Source: Octopus sinensis
Lineage: Eukaryota
Assembly (NCBI RefSeq): GCF_006345805.1
Contig: NW_021835689.1
Span: 1-39,154 of the forward strand
DNA: 39,154 bases
Reading direction: 5' to 3'
Shown here: piece after piece, positions 10,462 to 22,763 of the stretch
Numbering within the stretch: position 1 is the stretch's first letter
Layout: each line of letters opens with the position of its first letter
The notes under the pieces: model-generated
What the model was told of the DNA's origin: nothing
What the model saw: only the letters and a program-made list of their open reading frames with translations
Databases searched by the model: none
Position numbers and translations under genes: made by a program

Positions 10462-11102
10462 GTAGGCGTGGCTGTGTGGTAAGAAGCTTGCTTCCCAACC
10501 ACATGGTTCTGGTTTCAGTCCCACTGTATGTCACCTTGGGCAAGTGTATTCTACTATAGCTTCAGGTCAACCAAAGCTTTGTGAGTGGATTTAGTAGACA
10601 GAAACTAAAAGAAGCCTTGTGTGGATTAAGATCCTCGTTGACAGGCCGCTAGTATTTATAGAGTTAAACACTTTCAGTATGCAGATTAGGGACTCCTTCA
10701 AGGAGTAACGGCTGCATTTGTTGAGTATATAAACAATTTGGCTCCTTGTTTCTCTGGAGACTGCTGGAATGATGTACACATTTCTGATGAGAACCCAATA
10801 AAATTCAATCAAAGTTGTTTATCATTTTTTTTCAGTCTGCAGAGAAATGACTAAAATTTGCCCTATTTATAATTATACAAAATGTTACTTATATATATAC
10901 ATATGTATGTATATATATCTGTGAGTGTGTCTTTATGTCTGCGCTTGTCCCCCCTCCACCACTTGACAACTGCTGGTGTGTTTACGTCATCATTACTTAG
11001 TGGTTCAGCAAAATGCGGCTAATAGAATAAGTATCAGGCTTAAAGAAAAATAAGTCTTGGGGTCATGGCCAAAGTCAAATAAGTGAAAGGTAAAGAGGTA
11101 AG
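10462..11102 (+). mobile_element. SINE family A with an approximately 265-bp insertion in its middle spacer
   Basis: Head 10462-10620 (GGCGTGGCTGTGTGGTAAGAAGCTTGC...GAAACTAAAAGAAGCC), unrelated sequence 10621-10887, then microsatellite and 3' half (CTTGACAAC...AATAGAATAAGTATCAGGCTT). Confidence 0.75.
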
Positions 11103-12289
11103 TCTTCCATGCAAGAGCAACTGTCAGTCTTACTAAAAAAAAATCATTCCTAATCTTGTACGTACATGTCATGATATACTTGGTCAACATATATCGGCAT
11201 GAGGCTTGGATGAAGGGGGTTGGTTGAGTACTCATGAGCTGAGTACATGACTGGTACTCCATTTTATCAACTCTTCCCCACTCAAGAAGAAACACAGGCA
11301 AAGTAGGCTTTGGTGCGATTTAAACTAAGAACTTTAAAAAGCTGGAGTGATTATCACAAAATGCTTGATGCTCCAATGAATCTGCCAATAATCACCAATT
11401 CACATTTTCTTTGTATGTTGGTTGAATCTCTTATTATAATAATGGATACAACGAGAACTGTACTTTCTGGCATACAAGTTGAATTTTTCAGAAAAAACTT
11501 ACAGCCATAAAAAGGCGATCATCTCATGCAATAAGATGATGTTGGAAGATTAAAAATTTACATCTAAAATGCAGCAACATTTTAAAAGATAATGATAGTT
11601 TTTAAACGTTAATGCTACATGTTTACACTACATATAATGTTGATTTGTATGCTGGAAAATATGGTATACACCATGGCAAGATTGAACTGGACCGCAGAAT
11701 ATCTAAAAGGTAAGTACTTGGTATCATATAATGGTAAGTACTACATATTACATATTGGTAAATACACTGCATTCTGTGACCATCTTCACTATTTTGGTGT
11801 TGTTTGGATGAGTATGACGTTAAACTGCAACCAGTGGTGAGGCTTCGGTTGAGGGATTCTGAAGTTGTGGATAAGCATAGAATCACCCCTTAATTACCAT
11901 TATCCCTACATCTGTTCTGACCTGGAATGGTAGTAAACCTGAAGCTGTGGTTGAAAGATATTTGCCCCAGATGATACTGCTGCTGCACACTAAGATTGAA
12001 TTCAGAATCCTCAGACTGCAGAGAAGTGGTACATCTTTTGTCAGTTGACTGTTCCAAAGTAATTAGTCTTCTTCATCTACATACAAATTTCAGTCTCTGC
12101 TCTGAAAATTTCCACGGCCTGGATAGCTTAAATACAAATGGACCTGATGGAATTCCATCTCTAAATTATGGTGAACAGTTGCCAATTTGGAACCAGAATT
12201 ATTGTCCTGAGGAACATTCCATTATGTATCAAAAATGGCTTCATAATTCAAATTACATTATATTAGTCATTTCTGTATATATCTACACA

Positions 12290-12336
12290 TTCATTTATAT
12301 GTATATATGTATGTATGTGCATCTATCTATCTATCC

Positions 12337-12406
<70 letters not shown>

Positions 12407-12533
12407 ATATCTATCTATCTATCTAATTATGTATGTGTATATGTGTGTGCATACATGTATGGCTGTATGTATCTAAATATAACACACACACACAGACATA
12501 CATAATACACAATTATATATACATGTATATAAA

Positions 12534-12564
<31 letters not shown>

Positions 12565-12577
12565 GTATTTATGTACA

Positions 12578-12653
<76 letters not shown>

Positions 12654-12680
12654 TAAATGTACAAACACATATATAGGATG
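12290..12680. repeat. (TATC)n, (CA)n and (TA)n microsatellites
   Basis: Direct inspection. Confidence 0.95.
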
Positions 12681-12915
12681 ATAACAAATGGATCTATGAA
12701 TCTTTGTCTGTTTCAATGATGTGCTTTCCAATTTTCCAATCAAATTAACTTCCTAATCGCTGAATCATAAAACCAACTGGCTGAGTATAACATGGACTCT
12801 TGGACAGAGTTTTCATTGCAGAATTATAGGCCCCTGGGCAAATCCATACACTGGGCCCTATGGTATTTATTTACTAATACCAAGGCATGACATACATAGA
12901 TCAGAAATGGAGCAT

Positions 12916-12983
12916 CTAGACCCATGATGTCCCTAGACTCATGACGCCCCTAGACCCATGACAATCCTAGACCCATGAAGCCT
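12916..12983. repeat. 17-bp minisatellite x4 (CTAGACCCATGAnnncc)
   Basis: Units start at 12916, 12933, 12950 and 12967. Confidence 0.85.
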
Positions 12984-13359
12984 CTGAGCCCATTCCTTAA
13001 GATGGCACTGCTCTTGCACACTTAGCGTTATCCAGGGGCAGAATCAGTGAGACATTGGCGCAGCAAGTTTGGTATTTCAAATTATGGTTGGAGATCATTT
13101 GGTAGGCTTCTATGCAGTTTCCTTTTCACAGATACTACTCTCACAAGGTATCAATCAACAAAAGGACTACGGTATAGGATGTACAGGACTCTTCTACAAG
13201 ATTCCACATGATGGGATTGAACTTGGAACTACATGATCGAGTGACAGAATGATCCAATCAAGAGTGCTTATATACATCAAAAGCCCATATGAGAAGTTCC
13301 CTCATGGTAACTGTCACAGTATTCTGTGTTCTAACACCAACATCTACTTTTAAGAGGGG

Positions 13360-13391
<32 letters not shown>

Positions 13392-13636
13392 AATATCCAA
13401 TATGAAAATATGCATTAATGGAAAACCTCTATAAATGGCTGATGATTGCTCAACATTTTAAAACTGTTGTAATGCTTACAATATTTTAATAAAATGATGT
13501 CGCGTGAAACGATCATACCAAATTACCGAAGATATTCTTGTTGCTTATTTTGATTATATATATATATATGTATGTATATATATATATGTATGTATGTATG
13601 TACATATGTATGTATGTATATATGTATGTATGTATA

Positions 13637-13810
13637 TCATCATCATCATCATCGTTTAACATCTGCTTTCCATGCTGGCATGGGTTGGATGGTTTGACTG
13701 AGGACTGGTGAGCCAGAGGGCTGCACCAGGCTCCAATCTGATCTGGCAAAGTTTCTACGGCTGGATGCCCTTGCTAATGCCAACCACTCCGAGAGTGTAG
13801 TGGGTACTTT
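13637..13810 (-). mobile_element. RTE-type 3' tail fragment
   Basis: (CAT)n CGTTTAACATCTGCTTTCCATGCTGGCATGGGTTGG...TTTCTACGGCTGGATGCCCTT is the reverse complement of the 4482-4646 tail family. Confidence 0.75.
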
Positions 13811-14009
13811 ATATATATATATACATAGGCTTCTACTCAGTTTCCTGTTTTCAAATATATATTTCAGACTGATGTAATGCTTGCTTTGATCGATTAAATG
13901 GAACTGCCTGAAACAGCCGTAATACTCTTATACCTGGACATCCTTGTTATTTATTTGCTTATGAATTTGTGTTGCAAGTATAGCGCTAAAGATTTGTTTG
14001 TACAAAACA

Positions 14010-14440
14010 AACAATGCTGCTAATACTGATCTATGCAGCTGAGAGCTTGAAGATGACAGCAAATATCACCCACCAACTCAATGTATTTCATCAGAAAGAT
14101 TCTAAGAATCACTTATCGCGACAGAGTGACAAATGAAGCCATTCTTTAGGCAGCATGAATAAGGCCCCTGCATGCCATTGTAACTGAATGACAAATGGGA
14201 ATGACTGGACACATACTAAAACTGCCAGAGGAGAGGCTTGCCGAAACAGCCATGGGATGGATGCTGCAGGAACGTAAGAGAAAAAGAGGTTTGCGAAGGA
14301 AGACATGGCACAGTACCTTCAAAGAAGACCTACACAGACTAGGCATCACCTAGGAACAAGGTTATCAGTTGGCTAAAGATATCAATAATTGGCAATCATG
14401 GACTGCCCGATGTGCTGCTCAAAGGCACCAATGGACCTAA
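14010..14440 (+). pseudogene. RTE-clade LINE ORF C-terminal relic
   Basis: Translation TMLLILIYAAESLK..QLNVFH/RKILRITYRDRVTNEAIL*..GHILKLPEERLAETAMGW..RKRGLRRKTWHSTFKEDLHRLGIT*..AKDINNWQSW matches the RTE post-RT pattern (LLYG.E.W; RRILRI.W.D.V.NE; GH.LR; RGRP..TW..DL). Stops and one frameshift. Confidence 0.85.
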
Positions 14441-14874
14441 GAAGCAGAGAATTTGAACTTACAGAGAGAGACAGTCTTTGCATATCACCTGAGGAAGCAT
14501 AACTAGATTTCAAAATGCATGGAAACAGTTGCTTAATAAAGTACCTGCACATTATATATGTATGTTTATATATATATGTATATCAGCCGAAATTGTGAGG
14601 ATGATACGGTTCTTGACTGAAGATTAGAGGCTTCGAATGACCCATCCGTTTTTTGTGTCGTCTATTTGAGTGTTTTGCGTTCTTGTCCCATTTTGTATTT
14701 TTTTATATATATTTTTTATACATATGTATATATATATATATATATACAGACATACATGTATGTGTGTGTATATATACCTTTTACTTGTGTCAGTCATTGG
14801 GCTCTGGCCTCTAACTGTAGCAACACACAGAGGTATATATATATATATATATATATATACATACATACATACAT

Positions 14875-14917
<43 letters not shown>

Positions 14918-14946
14918 CATACATACATACATACACATATATATAT

Positions 14947-15880
14947 CTGGGCAGACAGAAACAAAATGCAACTGAATGAGGGAAAATTTGAGCTGATGCA
15001 TTTTGGAAGAAATTCCTCACTAAAACAACCATACTCTCTTCCTTCAGGGGAACCGCTCACAGCCTCTAACAATATCAGAGACCTGGGTGTAATTGTTGAT
15101 GACGATCTCAGTTGGAGTGCACACATCAACAAGAAGGTCGATACAGCTCGTAGGATGAGTTCCTGGATCTTAAGAACTTTCCGGTCCAGAGAACAAGGTG
15201 TCATCATACCACTTTTTTCATCCTTTGTACGGCCACACCTTGAATACTGCTGCCCACTGTGGTCTCCTCACACAAGACAAAACATCTCCAGAATTGAGTC
15301 ACCCCAGAGGGCTCTCACTAAACAAATTGAAGGCATGGCTGCTCTCGACTATGGGATCGCCTTAAAGCCTTGAAACTTTACTCCCTCCAGCGTCGCCGTG
15401 AGCAGTACATCATTTGTACGATGTGGAAAATATACCGCCAACTTTGCCCAAACGACCTAAACATTAGCTTCAAGGTTCATCCGAGACTTGGACCACGGGC
15501 TATACGTCCCCTGCCAAATTCAAGATCACAACATACATGTACACTGCAACATAATTTTCTTTTCCTCAACAGGCCCTGCCTATTTAACATTGCCCCGAGG
15601 GAGATCAAAGAGGAAAAGGATCCCATCAACTTCAAACAGAGTCTGGATAGATTCCTTCAAAGAACCCAGATAAGCCACCCATAATTGGATACAACTCACC
15701 CAACAAGAACTCACTACTTGAACAAAACTGGATACAACTCACCCAACAAGAACTCACTACTTGAACAAAACTTGACTTAAATAGGATTCGAATAATCCTA
15801 TCAGGTGGTGCTATTAAGTTAGACATGGCCTGGACCAATCTCTGGTCGAAACATATCTAAGTTTTTATCTAAGTTTTTTT
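14947..15880 (+). mobile_element. 5'-truncated CR1-clade LINE (ORF2 C-terminus, 3'UTR, ATCTAAGTT tail)
   Basis: [20 protein letters not shown]...[17 protein letters not shown]...[13 protein letters not shown]; frameshift to [11 protein letters not shown]...LDRFL; ends ATCTAAGTTTTTATCTAAGTTTT. Confidence 0.93.
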
Positions 15881-16199
15881 TTATATATATATATACGTTT
15901 GGACATGAGTTAGAATACAAATAAATGAGTGAAGAATGAATACAAAGTCCCCTCCAAAAATAACCATCATGAAATACAATTCATATATATATATAGATAT
16001 ACGCACGTACAAACAATAATTTCATTGCCTATATAGTTCAGTTTTACCTACATATCTGCACATACACAACACAGACAGGAGAGAAGAGAAGGGCTTTATG
16101 GACCTTTATGCATACACATGGACCTTCATATTATGGCCACACACACACACAAATGCACATGAACATATATTCATTCATTCACTACCACACAGACATGCA

Positions 16200-16310
16200 C
16201 AGAGGAGGAGGAGGAGGAGGAGGAGAAGAAGAAGAAGAAGAAGAAAGAGAAGAAGAAGAGAAGAAAAAAGAAAAAGAAGAAGAAGGGAGGAGGAAAACGG
16301 AGTGTACGAA
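16200..16310. repeat. (GAG)n/(GAA)n polypurine tract
   Basis: Direct inspection. Confidence 0.9.
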
Positions 16311-16589
16311 GAAGGGATAATGGCAGTGACCTAATTAATTTCAATGGACAACAGAATGTTGTCCCCTCTGCCTGGAAAGATGACTGCAAAAAGGACAGGG
16401 TGGGGCAGGGTGGGGCAGGGTGGGGGATGGGGGCTGAAGAGGAGGTGAGGGTGGGTCGGGTTGGGCGAGGGCGGAGGTGAACTAGGTTGGGACCCCCCAC
16501 CCCACCCTGGGAATTGGGGTTGGGGTTGGCGGTGTGTGTATGGGTGTAGGGGAGGTGATTTGTTAGGAGCTTTCAGGGAGGAAAAAGAT

Positions 16590-16875
16590 AGGCTGTGTGT
16601 GTGTGTGTGTGTGAGAGGGCTTTACGTCTATTGATTGATTTCAGTACACACGCACACACGTGTGTGTGTGTGTGTATGTAGATGTCTATGTGCGCATGTG
16701 TGCATGTCAGGGTGAGTGACATGCATGTGTGTGTGTGTGTGTGTGTGTGTGAGTGTGTGTGTGTGGATAAAGAATGTATTTCATTTTTGTTTCATCACAT
16801 GCTTGTGTGTATGTGTGAGTCTTTGATTTGTGTGTGCCTGTATGTATATGAGTGTGTGTGTGTGTGTGTGTGTCT
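16590..16875. repeat. Degenerate (GT)n microsatellite
   Basis: Direct inspection. Confidence 0.9.
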
Positions 16876-17049
16876 GGGGGGAGGTGTACGTGTGAATCCA
16901 TATGTCCATTCACCCCATGCCCAACACATCTGACCCCCCTGCACCCACCACATACCTATTTGTCCACATTGAAAAGAAAGAGGACAGGAAGCTTCTTGCT
17001 GAAGACAATTGGATCAACTCCTCCCGAAGAAGAGTTGAACATGATCACG

Positions 17050-17747
17050 ATTTTGATGATGATGACGATGACGATGACGATGCTGATGTTGATAATGATG
17101 ATAATGATGATGACGAGGATGATGATGATGGTGGTGGTGGTGATGACAATGATGATGATGACGACAATGATGATGCTGATGATGATAATGATGATGATAA
17201 TGATGATAATGATGATGATAATGATGATGATGATGATGATGATGATGATGGTGATGGTGGTGGTGATGACAATGATGATGATGATGATAATGACGACAAT
17301 GATGATGATAATGCTGATGCTGTTGATGATGATGACAATGATGATGAGGAAGACGATGATGCTGATGATGATGACAACGCTGATGACAACAACGATGCTG
17401 CTGCTGATGATGATGACAACGACAATGACGATGACAGTGATGATGACAATGACGACGACGACGGCGATGATGATGATGATGGTGATGATGACGATGACGA
17501 TGATGATTGTAAAATGACAGTATAGATGTTGACAGTGATGATGTTGATGATGCTGACAATGACAACGATGAAGAAAGTCCTGTTGTTATTATTGCTGTTG
17601 TTGTTGGTGGTGGTCGCAGTGGCGCTGCTGCTGCTGCTGCTGCAGGTAGTAACAGCGACATGGCGTTGGTAATAGTAGTGATGCTGCTGCTGCTGCAGCT
17701 GATGATGATGATGATGATGATGATGTGACGAACATGGTGGCATGTAG

Positions 17748-17778
<31 letters not shown>

Positions 17779-17961
17779 CTGCTGGAGATGCAGCGATGGT
17801 TTACGAGGTGGATCAAGTCGCGATGATATTGCTCTGGCCGGAGACGCAGATTGTGACAGCACAAATTATACGATGGCGGAGTAACGAACATGTTGACAGC
17901 AATGACAACAACGGCAATAACGAAGAGACAACATTGATATGAAGAATGATGATGATGATGG

Positions 17962-18017
<56 letters not shown>

Positions 18018-18780
18018 GTGAGGACGACGATTACGACGATGATTATGATGATGATGATGGTGGTGATGATAATGATGATCATGATGATGGTCATGATGAT
18101 AATGATGAAGAGGAGGAAGAGGTGTGGGAGGATAGTCATGAGGAAGATGGCCAAACTATACTATTGCTCTAATTTGCAGTGTTGGCAATGCTATAAATAA
18201 AAGATGTTGATTATGATGATGATGATGATAGTAGTGGGGTGGTTGTGGTGGTGATGGTGGTGTTGACGGCAGTAGTTGGAGTGATGCTAGTGGTGGTGAG
18301 GTTGATGATGGTGACGGTGATGGTGGTGGTGTTGGTGAGAGTTATGATAATAATGATGACAATGATGCTGATGCTGATGATGATGATGATGATAGTGATG
18401 GTGATGATGATGATGATGATGAGAATGGTGGTGGTGGTGGTGGTTGTGAGGGTTATGAGGATAAAGACGACGATGATGATGATGATTATGATGATGAGAA
18501 TGGTGTGGGGGGTGGTGGTGTTAGTGGTAGTGGTTTTCGTGATGATGACCGTGATGATGATAACGATGATAATGAGGAGGAGGAGGAGCAGGAAGGGTTT
18601 GATGATGACAGCGGTGAGGATATGCCCACTACTGACTGAAAATACCTCCGTATTCAGCCTTGATGTCCAGCGCTAATGACTATGGGGATGGTTTATAGCA
18701 ATGTGAGAGGTGATTATGGTAGCAAGGCTTGGATGGTTAAGAGGGACAATGAACAAAGGCTGATGATGATGATGATAATG

Positions 18781-18817
<37 letters not shown>

Positions 18818-19030
18818 CGGTGGTGGTTGTAGGGCTGATTCTGCTGCTGCTGCTGCTGCTGATGGTGGTGGTGGTGGTGGTGATAACGATGTTGACGATG
18901 AAGATCACAATGATGACAGCGATGATGATAGTGGTAGTAGTGGTGGTGGTGATGATGATGATGATGATGATGATGACAATAAGGATGGCAATAACAAGAG
19001 TGAATATGAAGAACATGATGACAACAATCA
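17050..19030. repeat. 2-kb compound (GAT/GAC/GGT/GCT/GTT)n trinucleotide array
   Basis: Poly-Asp/Met/His/Ser ORFs arise from the triplet runs. A short non-repetitive island lies at about 17780-17940. Confidence 0.9.
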
Positions 19031-19047
19031 ATATTTTAGGGTTTCAT

Positions 19048-19231
19048 AAAGACTGCAAGCTCGCACAATCGTTTGCACACTGTAAAAAATTCTTGGCCGT
19101 ATTTTAGCCCGCTTCACATTCTGAGATCTAATTCCACCAAGCACAACTTTACCTTCATCCTTTCACTGGGGTCGATGTCATCAACTTAGTCCCACCCCTG
19201 AAATTGCCGGCCTTGTGTCAAAATTTGAAAC
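19048..19231 (+). mobile_element. SINE family C, tail variant 2, internally deleted
   Basis: Degenerate head, CATCCTTTC joined directly to ACTGGGGTCGATG, tail CCCCTGAAATTGCCGGCCTTGTGTCAAAATTTGAAAC. Confidence 0.7.
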
Positions 19232-19403
19232 TAAAATTTTGCGTTTTAATAGAACAAGTTGAATGGATCACAACACCGCAGGTTTGCAGAGGGAAAATAA
19301 GTGCAGGTTATTGTACTCTCAACGTGTGGGTCACCAAGCTATGTACCAGTATCCCACAAAATATCTATGTATACACATATAATATGTATGTATATATATA
19401 AAT

Positions 19404-19513
19404 GGACACTGGAGTGGCTGTGTGGTAAGAAGCTTGCTTCCCAACCACATGGTTCTGAGTTCAGTCTCACTGCGTGGCATTTTGGGCAAGTGTCTTCTAC
19501 TGTAGCGTCTGAG
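19404..19513 (+). mobile_element. SINE family A head fragment
   Basis: GGAGTGGCTGTGTGGTAAGAAGCTTGCTTCCCAACCACATGGTTCTGAGTTCAGTC...TTGGGCAAGTGTCTTCTAC. Confidence 0.85.
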
Positions 19514-20459
19514 AAATTGTTGACTTTACTTCCATTGGCACACATCTGTTGTATTTCAGTTTCCTTCTGTTAAGCCAAACATATTCCACTGACCCACTTC
19601 GATTATTATAAATTGGTTCTGAATCCTCCATGTCTTCATTCAACATCATTTCTGTTAGTTCACTTCATAGTAGTTTGGTTTGCAGTATAAGTGGTCATAA
19701 TCTATAAACCGTTGACCTTGTTCTGTTTCCGTTACTAATTTCTTATTATTAGTTTACTAATGCCCCTCTATAATTCCAAAATGGTGTCTCTCAACTGCTT
19801 CCACCTCCCATAGCATAACCGGGGTGAGAATGAGGGTGTGGAGACAGGTAAGCAGGTGTTGGTACCCAAGTGCTGCATTTATGGGTCGGCATTTTTGGGG
19901 TCTGCTGTATAAGCCTGCATAGTTTTGAGGGCCTGATGTGGAGGACAGGAAACTGAAGCGCTAAACCAAGTGGCACACACAATAGCTACATCGTTGTCAA
20001 CTTCACCTTATGTATATCCCAGCAAATTGCTCCCTTTTGTTGTATCCCATCTGTCTAGTCGATTCATCCAAATTTTTAAAGGAGGTTAAGAGGTTAAGAA
20101 AAATGTGTACTCTATACTAGGAAGAGAGCATAAATTCTCAATGTATTGCTAGAAAAAAATAACTTATCAGACCCTGAGTTTAATTCTAGAAGAGAAAATC
20201 TATAAATCTATGCCACAATAATGTGTATCTGTGCAAAGGTGAGAGCTTGGTACTTCAGGTAAGGTATTTCTACACTTAATACAATAATTAGAAAATAGTG
20301 ATCCTATCTATTCAAGTGTTGTATAGGTGAACATTGGTGTCTTGTAAGCAAACAATGTTGTGACATCAAGAGAATTCCTTGTTATTTTCTACTTTTCGAT
20401 TGTTAATTACAACTGGATAATAGTATATTTGTTGAGGTTGTCCTTATTCTTTTATTGTT

Positions 20460-20738
20460 CACAAGTATGTATATGTGTGTGTGTGTGTGTGTGAGTGTGT
20501 GTGTGTGTTTGTGTGTGCATATATGTAAATATATATATATATATATATATATATAGAAACATATATAAATGCACATGCAAACACACGTGTATATATAGCT
20601 ACGCATATATATATATGTGTGTGTGTATAACAAACATACATACATATATATATGTGTATATATATATATATGTGTGTGTATATATATATTATATATATAT
20701 AATATATATATATACACATACATACATATATACATGTG

Positions 20739-20772
<34 letters not shown>

Positions 20773-20788
20773 CACATATACATATATG

Positions 20789-20844
<56 letters not shown>

Positions 20845-21084
20845 AGAGAGAGAGAGAGGAAAGAGGAGAGAGAGAGAGAAAGTGAGATACATACATCTGT
20901 GTGTTGGTGTGTGTGTATTTATATATATGTATGTTTACGTATATAATGAGGGAGAATGAGAAAGAGATCCACAGACATCAGAATTTGTGGATGAAAGAAA
21001 GGTGTTTTCATATATGGCTGAATAGTTTTGCATTATTCATTTTGTTGGAAGTCAATTGTATGTAGATTGTAGATAATATATCTG

Positions 21085-21118
<34 letters not shown>

Positions 21119-21170
21119 ATCTCTATCTATCATCTATCTATCTATCTATCTTCTATATCTATATATATAT

Positions 21171-21214
<44 letters not shown>

Positions 21215-21244
21215 GAATATAGATATATATATAATATATAATGA

Positions 21245-21302
<58 letters not shown>

Positions 21303-21780
21303 ATGTATATATACATATATATATAATATTAATATAGTATTTACATATGTTATCATATATATGTATATATATGTGTATACATATGTATATACACACACAT
21401 ATATATATAAATATGTATAAATACATATATATATGTGTGTATTTATATAAATATGTATATCTATAGAAAAGTATATGTCTGTATAATAACATACATACAC
21501 ACATATATACATATATAAGTAGATAGATAGATTGATAGATAGATATACATATATACACACATTTATGAATATGTGTACATATATATTTATCTATCTATCT
21601 ACCTATCTATCTATCTATCTATCTATCTATCTGTATATATATATATATACACATATAATTATACATATATATATATATATATATAATATATTATATATAT
21701 ATATATATATATATACATTACATATAATGTGTAAGCATGTGTGTATAAGTTATACATATATATAAATACACGTATAGACA
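20460..21780. repeat. (GT)n/(TA)n/(GA)n/(TATC)n microsatellite block
   Basis: Direct inspection; short unique interval at about 20940-21075. Confidence 0.95.
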
Positions 21781-21864
21781 CATATGAGTTGAAAAAATAT
21801 AAAGAGTTGATATGGTCATAAGTGAAATGCTTTTGATCATAGGTTTGCGCAATTAGGGCTGATC

Positions 21865-22140
21865 TGGGTGTGAACAACAACAACAACAACAGCAACAACA
21901 AAAACAAAAACAACAACAATGATCATAACAATCCAAAACATCAACACCCACAACAATAATACTACCACCACCACCACGACCGCCACCATCGCCAACACCA
22001 ACTCCAACAATAATGATGACAATAACAACAAAAACAACAACAAAACCAATAACGACACAATAACAACACCTATGACATCACCACCACCACCACCACCACC
22101 ACCACACAACAACAACAACAACAAAAGAAACAACAACAGA
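21865..22140. repeat. (AAC)n/(ACC)n array
   Basis: Direct inspection; opposite strand polarity to most triplet arrays in the window. Confidence 0.9.
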
Positions 22141-22192
22141 GAGAGACTGTCTAAGAAGCACTTATATATATAAAGTTATATTTTCATCTACA

Positions 22193-22404
22193 GAGATGAA
22201 ACAATATTTTTAATATTGACATCTCACCACTATGTTTCAATTGGATTGATCTCCGATCGTTATCAGATATAAAAGTACCTAGTTCTAATCAAGCTGGGTA
22301 CTATGTACACATCCAGTAGTAATAACACACCTGATAACAACTAAAGATCAATCAAACAGGCTGAAATCTAGGGTAGAGGAAAATATTATAAAGTGTTTCA
22401 TCTC
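22193..22404. mobile_element. Fold-back element with approximately 74-bp arms
   Basis: Left arm 22193-22266 GAGATGAAAC...GATTGATCT..TTATCAG matches the reverse complement of right arm 22331-22404 CTGATAA..AGATCAATC..GTTTCATCTC. Inner hairpin GTACCTAG/CTGGGTAC. Confidence 0.75.
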
Positions 22405-22724
22405 AAAAGATGAAGTTGTACGTCGGATAAATTAATTAGAATTGTGGGAATTATAACTTGTCTGAGCTGTTTATTCTTTCGCTGTTTTACAGTTGTTTGG
22501 CTACGGCCATGCTGGAGCAATTCTGATAAATAGTTTAGTTTATGATGATGTCACCTGTATTATTTTCTGTTGGTTTGTTATGGTGCTTATTGTTGTATTG
22601 ATCTACGTCTATTGATCTCTATCTATCGAATGGTTAAGTTAGCTTTGGATGCAAAGAGATGCTGCTTACCTATCTCCCCCTTATGTTTACAAGGTGTACG
22701 CAACCAGACACTGAGTCAGGATGG

Positions 22725-22727
22725 AAA

Positions 22728-22763
<36 letters not shown>

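Noticed and set aside
12916-12983. CRISPR-like repeat-spacer pattern (also 26083-26164, 11709-11765)
   Set aside because: Eukaryotic context, units of 17-25 bp with no unique 25-45-bp spacers, only 3-4 copies, no cas genes.
14613-14650. Hammerhead-like CTGAAGA...TTCGAATGACC
   Set aside because: GAAT instead of GAAA, and no pairing stems I or III found.
14666-15373. 235-aa ORF as a host gene
   Set aside because: The N-terminus is (TA)n translation and the rest is CR1 ORF2, annotated as a LINE fragment.
16902-17525. 207-aa Asp-rich ORF resembling molluscan Aspein/Asprich biomineralisation proteins
   Set aside because: No signal peptide. Deviations from GAT are mostly single transitions at all three positions (GAC, AAT, GGT), as expected for neutral (GAT)n decay. 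The overlapping Met frame is equally open, and similar arrays occur throughout the window.
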